NCBI GenBank assembly: GCA_028284445.1
Contig: JANQRS010000068.1
Location: 205,300 to 269,299, forward strand
Reading direction: 5' to 3'
Length of the DNA: 64,000 nt
DNA from: Calditrichia bacterium
GTDB taxonomy: Bacteria > Calditrichota > Calditrichia > RBG-13-44-9 > J075
Shown here one piece after another: positions 58,223 to 64,000 of this stretch. Positions within the stretch are counted from its first letter, which is position 1, and every line of letters begins with the position of its first letter. The notes beneath the pieces were generated by a model. The model saw only the letters and a list, made by a program, of their open reading frames with translations. It was not told the origin of the DNA and did not search any database. Made by a program: the position numbers and the translations under genes.

Positions 58223-58310
58223 CAAATGTCTAATGACAAGTGACGAATGGAAAACGAAGCAGTGAAGAAATGCCAAAATTGCCTTGCTCAATAGAAATAG
58301 GAATAAGGAC

Positions 58311-58829
58311 ATGAGTCACAAGCAATACTTTTTATTAGTTAGCTTTTTTCTATGCTTCTCGATAGCTGCCTACGCCCAAGACTCGACACTGATAGATTTT
58401 AGCCTTAAGGACCAATTCGATCAGGAATATAGCCATGAAAGCTGGCCGGGCCGGGTTCTCATTTTTATCGGCAGCGATAAAGATGGGAGTGAATTCAATG
58501 GGGTCTGGGGAAAAGCAATAACCGACTCTTTGATTGGTCATCCAAATTTCGGCAATATCCAGATGGTCGGACTATCGGATCTGAGAGGTGTTCCGTTTTT
58601 TATAAAAGGATATGTCAGAGGGAGGTTTCCAAAGGACAAGAATCAATGGGTGTTAATGGACTGGAAGGGCGTGTTCCCGAAGGCATATCAATTCAAGGAA
58701 GGAATGAGCAATATTCTCATCTTTGATTCACAAAGAAAACTAGCCTATCAAACAGCCGTAAGAACCATGGACAATTTAGAATTGATGCAAATAGTGAAGG
58801 CGACTAAGAACACCATAAAGAATGAATAA
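58311..58829 (+). CDS. Secreted thioredoxin-like fold protein (YtfJ-like), no CxxC
   Basis: Signal peptide; DFSLKDQFD, VLMDWKG and ILIFD motifs. Confidence 0.65.
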   Translation: MSHKQYFLLVSFFLCFSIAAYAQDSTLIDFSLKDQFDQEYSHESWPGRVLIFIGSDKDGSEFNGVWGKAITDSLIGHPNFGNIQMVGLSDLRGVPFFIKGYVRGRFPKDKNQWVLMDWKGVFPKAYQFKEGMSNILIFDSQRKLAYQTAVRTMDNLELMQIVKATKNTIKNE

Positions 58830-58843
58830 AAGAGGGAATCCAA

Positions 58844-59092
58844 GTGGTGAAAGAATATTTTCTATTTAGAAAGTTTATTACGCCGATTGCCTTACAGTTC
58901 TTATTCTGGGGCGGTATTGGCGGAGTGCTATACGGCACTTGGTGGCTCTATGTTCATAACAATTGGGCATGGATTATGGCACTCGTATTTGGCACGTTGA
59001 TGACAAGACTCATTTTCGAAAATTTTATTCTTCGATACCAAACGTATTTGTTGTTAAAAGAAGTAAGGGATAATCTAATCAAAGAAAAGTAG
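58844..59092 (+). CDS. Small membrane protein, DUF4282-like
   Basis: F.KFITP...LFW...R..FE pattern with 2 TM helices. Confidence 0.7.
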   Translation: MVKEYFLFRKFITPIALQFLFWGGIGGVLYGTWWLYVHNNWAWIMALVFGTLMTRLIFENFILRYQTYLLLKEVRDNLIKEK

Positions 59093-59192
59093 CAGTAGGA
59101 TCAAGCTGATAAATATAACCAGAAACGGCTGATTATTAACTGATCCATTGAGCAAATGTTATTTGCTCAATTTCAAGAAAGGACAAAAACAC

Positions 59193-59924
59193 ATGAAATG
59201 CTGGTTCTATTGCTTTTTGCTGATTCTTCTCAGCTCACTCTCCCTGCCTGCCCAGTCCAATGAAGGAACGACAGAGAAAGTGCGACTGCTCATTGTCATG
59301 GGCGGCGGCACCTACGAAAGCTCTGTTTTTCGTTTCTTCGATACCCTCGACGGGGTTAGCTACACGCTTGTTATGTCCGACACTGTTGCATTCAAAGAAG
59401 ACTTTCGCGATCAATACGATGCTGTGCTCATGTATAACCTCAGTTCCTCGCTCGCAGAACCAGCTCGTTCCAACTTGGTGCGTTTCATCGAGAGCGGCAA
59501 AGGGCTCGTGGTATGGCACCATGCACTGGCCAACTATGGCGATTGGCCATGGTGGTATCAGGAAGTTGTTGGAGGACGCTATCTTCTAAGAGGAGAAGGC
59601 GAACTTCCTGCTTCGACCTATCGCCAGGACGAATCCATGATAGCCAGACCCGAGAAAGCACATCCGGTAGTGTCGAGCCTGGGTGGCCATCCGATGCATT
59701 TATACGATGAGACATATAAAGGACTGTGGATCTCTCCGGATGTTGAAGTGCTGCTTAGTACCGGGCTTTCGACTAGTGATGGTCCTCTGGTTTGGGTAGG
59801 GCCTTATCAGTCAGCCCGCGTGGTTGTTGTTCAACCGGGTCATGGCAGCAGCGCGTATTTTAACCTGGGATTTCGGTATATCCTCAGGGATGCCGTTCGT
59901 TGGGTTGCTGGGAGTCTGGAGTGA
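59193..59924 (+). CDS. Secreted ThuA-like domain protein
   Basis: F.ESGKGLVVWHHA, DETY, PLVW and QPGH...AVRW motifs. Confidence 0.85.
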   Translation: MKCWFYCFLLILLSSLSLPAQSNEGTTEKVRLLIVMGGGTYESSVFRFFDTLDGVSYTLVMSDTVAFKEDFRDQYDAVLMYNLSSSLAEPARSNLVRFIESGKGLVVWHHALANYGDWPWWYQEVVGGRYLLRGEGELPASTYRQDESMIARPEKAHPVVSSLGGHPMHLYDETYKGLWISPDVEVLLSTGLSTSDGPLVWVGPYQSARVVVVQPGHGSSAYFNLGFRYILRDAVRWVAGSLE

Positions 59925-60103
59925 GTTGCAGCGCGCCAGCTGCCCAAAACTTCAGTAGATGGCTCCGCCGATCGTCTAGACATTTGTTACATTTCAATAC
60001 TCCAGTGCCCGAACCCCTTCCCCAAGTTCGTCAGGGACAATTTTGTATTGCTTTATCATTCCAAAAAAATTGTTATGACTAAACCGGCATGATACGGCAA
60101 ATT

Positions 60104-60153
60104 GCTTCAACGCTTCAACGCTTCAACGCTTCAACGCTTCAACGCTTCAACGC
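60104..60153. repeat. Perfect octamer tandem repeat (GCTTCAAC)x6 overlapping the oxidoreductase stop codon
   Basis: Six exact copies at 60104-60151. Confidence 0.95.
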
Positions 60154-62436
60154 CGCATTCACATCCGCGCTTAACTTCACATTCCCCACCTGCGGTGCAT
60201 CAAACGACAAGACGTCCATCGGGCAAACTGTCACGCAAATTCCGCAGCCTATACAGGATGAGGTCTCGTTGTCGAGAACGTCCTGCTTCAAGGCGTAGGC
60301 CATCACGTCGATACCGACCTGACAGTTTCGAGAGCATTCGTTGCAGGCAATACATTTGTCGTTTGCGTGAATCGCAAAGCGGCTGATGTTGAATTTTGTG
60401 TAGAGCTTGGACATATACTGCATCATTTTCGCGAGTGGACACCAATAGCGGCACCAGATTTTGCCACCCATAAATGGGTAGAGGGTAACCGGCAAAATCC
60501 CCACCAACCACACATCGCTGATCACCGCATACCACTGTAATGAGAGGTCTGCCACATCACCAAAGAGACCGTATATGTCCTTTATCAGCATCAGCACGGT
60601 AATGACGGTGGCGGCAATCAAGATAATTGCGCCCATGTCTTCCCATTTGATGGCATTCTTTCCTTTCGGGGCAAAGTGCCGCCAGCGATCGCCAAAGGTT
60701 TCGGCGAGCCCGCCGCAACCACAGATCCAGGAACAATAGCGTTTACCGTTGAACAATACAAAAATGGGAATAACCACGAAGGTGAGCAGCACGCCCCAAA
60801 TCACCCAAATTTGATGGGGATTATAGAAGAATGTGTAGAAGAATAGTGGCCAGGCATAAATTATCCCGTAGCTGCGCCAGGCTTGATCTGCAAAGACGGA
60901 ATCATTTGCCAATTCGCCAATCCACTGGTATTTCACTGCCCACTGAAAGAGAAATTCCGGGATGATAAAGAAGAATAGCCATTGGAAGGCCAGCAGGCTG
61001 ATATAGCGCCATACCTGGAAGCGGTCTTTGCGTTCCAGTCCCCAGCGCTTTAGGGCCTGGATACCAAAAATAGTCATCAGGGCGGTATAAATGACGGTAT
61101 ACCAGAAACTCCAGGGGCGATCAGCAAAGGAGAGTGCATCATAGCCCCAATTATTGAAAGGCCAGAATTCCCTGCCGACACCGGTTTTGGCGCCGTATAT
61201 CGTATACCAAATAAGGAATGATAGCGATAACCAGGCCCATTTATCTCCTGACCGGCCAAACATAATCAGACTACCAATGGAGATAATTGCCGCCATGGCC
61301 CCGGTCCAGCTGGCGATGCTGTGAAAGACATCCGGCACAATGCCGGTTTGACCACCGGCGAACCAAAGTCCAAAAAGTGCTGCTACGGCGAAGCCAATTG
61401 AACGAACAAAATTGCCTTCCCATTCATTTTCCAGCTTAATGCCGATGGATTTAAGGAAGCGGATCGGCAACTCAGCGCCAACCAGTATAAAAGCATGATC
61501 CGCACCGACTTCCATTTCTTCTTCATGACCGCCTTTGTCAATTGTCAGCGTTGCCTTTTTGCCGGTAAAGGCCTTCACGTTTGAGTTGAAAACCACTTTC
61601 ACTTTGCCGGCAGCAATGGCCTCATTCAGCAGGCGTTCATTATCCTTAAACACGCGTTTGAATTCGCCGCTGCGATAAGACAACACCACCCGGTTTTGTT
61701 CGCTCAGTGTAATCGCTGCTTCTACAGCACTATTGCCGCCGCCAACCACCAGAATGTCTTCATTTTTATACTTCCGCGGACTGTAGAGGCGATGGTAAAC
61801 ATGTTCCAGGTCTTCGCCGGGCACTTTTAATTTGCGTGGATTGCCGCGCTGCCCGGTGGCCAGCACAATGCGATGCGACTTGTAGCTGCCTTTTGGCGTC
61901 GTTACGTGAAAAACATCGTCTTTCTTCTCGATGGCGGTTACCGGTTCTTCCTTACGGACATCGAGACCATTTTCATCTACCATCTGATTCCAGCGCGCAA
62001 CCAGATCTTCCTTCTGTGCGCCATCCAGCCAGAGCTTGCCCTTTGGTGGCACCGTATCCGGCTCCGCATACACCCATTTCCCTTCCGGGAAATTTTCGAT
62101 GGTATTGGCGATTTTTTCCTTTTCCAGGACAACTGCGGACATGCCTTTGTCTTTTGCAGCCAGCGCAGCATTCAGGCCTGATGCCCCGGCGCCAACAATG
62201 ACCAGATCCAGCACTTCCGGATTATTGGCGCTCAGCTTTGGCAGCGAGGCGATATGTTCAATGGTTTCGAAACCTTGCTCCATCGCCAGCTTGATCACCG
62301 GCGCGCCGGCAAGATCACCAACAATGAAAATGCCGGGAATATTGCTTTCCAGATTTTTGCTAAGTAGTGGTCTACGGCTGGGACCGTTTGATAAGGCAAA
62401 AATATCTTCCAGCCATTGTTGAATACGACCAAACAT
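60139..62436 (-). CDS. FAD/NAD(P)H oxidoreductase fused to a NapH/MauN-like membrane ferredoxin domain
   Basis: IVGAGASG, LATG, VVGGGNSA; TM region; RYCSWICGCG, WCRYWCP, CIACNECSRNC and CIGCGICVTVCP. Confidence 0.88.
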   Translation of the reverse strand: MFGRIQQWLEDIFALSNGPSRRPLLSKNLESNIPGIFIVGDLAGAPVIKLAMEQGFETIEHIASLPKLSANNPEVLDLVIVGAGASGLNAALAAKDKGMSAVVLEKEKIANTIENFPEGKWVYAEPDTVPPKGKLWLDGAQKEDLVARWNQMVDENGLDVRKEEPVTAIEKKDDVFHVTTPKGSYKSHRIVLATGQRGNPRKLKVPGEDLEHVYHRLYSPRKYKNEDILVVGGGNSAVEAAITLSEQNRVVLSYRSGEFKRVFKDNERLLNEAIAAGKVKVVFNSNVKAFTGKKATLTIDKGGHEEEMEVGADHAFILVGAELPIRFLKSIGIKLENEWEGNFVRSIGFAVAALFGLWFAGGQTGIVPDVFHSIASWTGAMAAIISIGSLIMFGRSGDKWAWLSLSFLIWYTIYGAKTGVGREFWPFNNWGYDALSFADRPWSFWYTVIYTALMTIFGIQALKRWGLERKDRFQVWRYISLLAFQWLFFFIIPEFLFQWAVKYQWIGELANDSVFADQAWRSYGIIYAWPLFFYTFFYNPHQIWVIWGVLLTFVVIPIFVLFNGKRYCSWICGCGGLAETFGDRWRHFAPKGKNAIKWEDMGAIILIAATVITVLMLIKDIYGLFGDVADLSLQWYAVISDVWLVGILPVTLYPFMGGKIWCRYWCPLAKMMQYMSKLYTKFNISRFAIHANDKCIACNECSRNCQVGIDVMAYALKQDVLDNETSSCIGCGICVTVCPMDVLSFDAPQVGNVKLSADVNAALKR

Positions 62437-62460
62437 AAATACTCCTTTTTACTCACTGTT

Positions 62461-62614
62461 ACTCACTGCGTTCGTGTCAGGCGCTACGCGCTGTCAGGGC
62501 CTCCGGCCCGTCAGTTCGCTGCGCTCACGTCAGGCTCGCAAGCTCGCCGTTTACATCCCCCTTTTTCCCCCTTCGCAGGGGGAAAAAGGGGGATGTGGCG
62601 CTGGCTACGCCAGC
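62461..62614. repeat. GTCAG-punctuated mini-hairpin array plus perfect family A palindrome (62553-62596)
   Basis: GTCAG at 62476, 62493, 62510 and 62529; ACATCCCCCTTTTTCCCCCT-TCGC-AGGGGGAAAAAGGGGGATGT. Confidence 0.75.
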
Positions 62615-63999
62615 TAGTACCCCGCTGCCTGTCCGTCTTTGCGCGACTCTGAGGCGCCGTAGTACACTTTTTGCTTCGCATCATACATGATGCCCTGGTA
62701 GCCACCAAAGCTGCCGACATTGACACCCATACGATGGCCCATTTTGGCAAGGTCGCGGACGACTTCATAATCGATGCCGCGTTCCAGGTAAACGCGACCG
62801 CCATTGGTCATTTTTTCGCCGGTGGGTTGGGATGAGTCCTGGTGCAGCATGCGCGGTGCATCTCCGGCTTCCTGCAAATTCATGCCGAAATCGATCATGT
62901 TGACAATGATCTGCACATGTCCCTGTGGTTGGGTGGCCCCGCCCATCACGCCAAAGCTGAGAAAGGGCTCGCCATCCTTTGTTACAAATGCCGGAATGAT
63001 GGTATGAAACGGCCGCTTATGCGGTTCATACACGTTGAAGTGGCCATCTTCCAGACTGAACAATTCACCGCGATCCTGTAATATAAATCCAAGTCCGTCC
63101 GGCGTCATCCCGGAGCCCATACCGCGATAATTGCTCTGAATCAGCGAGATCATGTTGCCGTCTTTATCCGCCACTGTCAGATAGATGGTGTCGCCGTCGT
63201 TAAGCCCGGCATCGTAGCGTCGTGCAGCGCGCTCCATGTTTATCAATTTGCGCCTTTCCGCTGCATAGGATTTGGAAATCAGTTCTTCTACCGGGATTTT
63301 GTTGAAATCCATATCTGCGTAGAATTTGGCGCGATCTTCAAAGACTAATTTCTTTGCTTCCAAGAAAACGTGAATGTATTCCTTGCTGCCGAATCCCATC
63401 GATTTTAGGTCGTAGGCTTCGAGGATGTTGAGCATTTGTAGTGCGGCAATGCCTTGTCCATTTGGCGGCAATTCCCAAACATCATAGCCGCGATAATTGG
63501 TGGAAACCGGCTCCACCCAGTCGGAAGTATGATCTTCCATGTCCTTCATCGATAAAAAGCCGCCATTGCGTTGCATATACTCAACAATTGCTTTGGCGAT
63601 GTCACCCTTGTAGAAAGCGTCGCGGCCTTCTTCTGCCAGTTTTTCATAGGTTTTGGCGAGATAAGGATTTTTGAATACTTCACCTTTGCGCGGTGCGCGG
63701 CCGTCGATGGTAAAAACTTCTTCGAAGCCAGGAAACTGTTTGAGGCGCGGCACGCTGCGGCCCCAGTAATAGGCAATCAATTCGGATAGGGGGAAGCCTT
63801 TTTGGGCATAGTGAATGGCCGGGGCCAGGTTATCGCTCATCTTCAGTTTGCCGAACTTCTCGTGCAGTTCAAACCAGCCATCGACACAACCGGGCACTGA
63901 AACAGGTAATGGGCCATGGCTGGGAATTTTTTCCATGCCTTTTTCCCGAAAATGATCAATCGTCAGAGAGTAGGGGGAACGTCCGCTGGCATTTAAGCC
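62614..63999 (-). CDS. ggt: Gamma-glutamyltransferase (5' part lies outside the window)
   Basis: VPGCVDGW, ELPPNGQG, DTIY..VAD (catalytic Thr), PHKRPFHTIIP, GVMGG..QPQG and ESRKDG motifs; frame open to the window edge. Confidence 0.94.
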   Translation of the reverse strand, partial: GLNASGRSPYSLTIDHFREKGMEKIPSHGPLPVSVPGCVDGWFELHEKFGKLKMSDNLAPAIHYAQKGFPLSELIAYYWGRSVPRLKQFPGFEEVFTIDGRAPRKGEVFKNPYLAKTYEKLAEEGRDAFYKGDIAKAIVEYMQRNGGFLSMKDMEDHTSDWVEPVSTNYRGYDVWELPPNGQGIAALQMLNILEAYDLKSMGFGSKEYIHVFLEAKKLVFEDRAKFYADMDFNKIPVEELISKSYAAERRKLINMERAARRYDAGLNDGDTIYLTVADKDGNMISLIQSNYRGMGSGMTPDGLGFILQDRGELFSLEDGHFNVYEPHKRPFHTIIPAFVTKDGEPFLSFGVMGGATQPQGHVQIIVNMIDFGMNLQEAGDAPRMLHQDSSQPTGEKMTNGGRVYLERGIDYEVVRDLAKMGHRMGVNVGSFGGYQGIMYDAKQKVYYGASESRKDGQAAGY

Positions 64000-64000
64000 A

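Noticed and set aside
53224..59924. Run of short co-oriented accessory genes with a TA pair, resembling an integron cassette array
   Set aside because: No integrase and no convincing attC (RYYYAAC...GTTRRRY with an internal palindrome) between the genes

Overview
64-kb bacterial chromosomal window with about 50 CDSs. I found no rRNA, tRNA, CRISPR array or intact transposase. Lineage (inference): secreted proteins ending in an 'NYPNPFNP...I(F/Y)N.LGQ.(V/I)' sorting domain, together with HrcA, clear Shine-Dalgarno sites and TTGACA-type promoters, point to a Calditrichota/KSB1-like FCB-related organism. Housekeeping content includes hrcA-dnaJ (without grpE/dnaK), an ATP-cone class II ribonucleotide reductase, acpH, alr and a pheA-aminotransferase-DAHP synthase/chorismate mutase operon. 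Main points of interest: (1) a complete Phe/Tyr leader-peptide attenuator in front of pheA that the ORF track misses; (2) a six-gene cluster (stand-alone proline-type adenylation enzyme, GNAT, three acyl-CoA dehydrogenases, carrier protein) that looks like a pyrrolyl-2-carboxyl-carrier pathway with no NRPS/PKS, divergent from a TPR-CHAT protease; (3) a 1240-aa membrane protein with tandem RCK-like and ACT-like domains and a possible ATC start; (4) a circularly permuted thioredoxin-reductase-fold/NapH-like fusion; (5) many intergenic REP-like palindromes and 7-10-bp-period repeats, several of which supply stop or start codons. All calls come from reading motifs by eye; no database searches were run.
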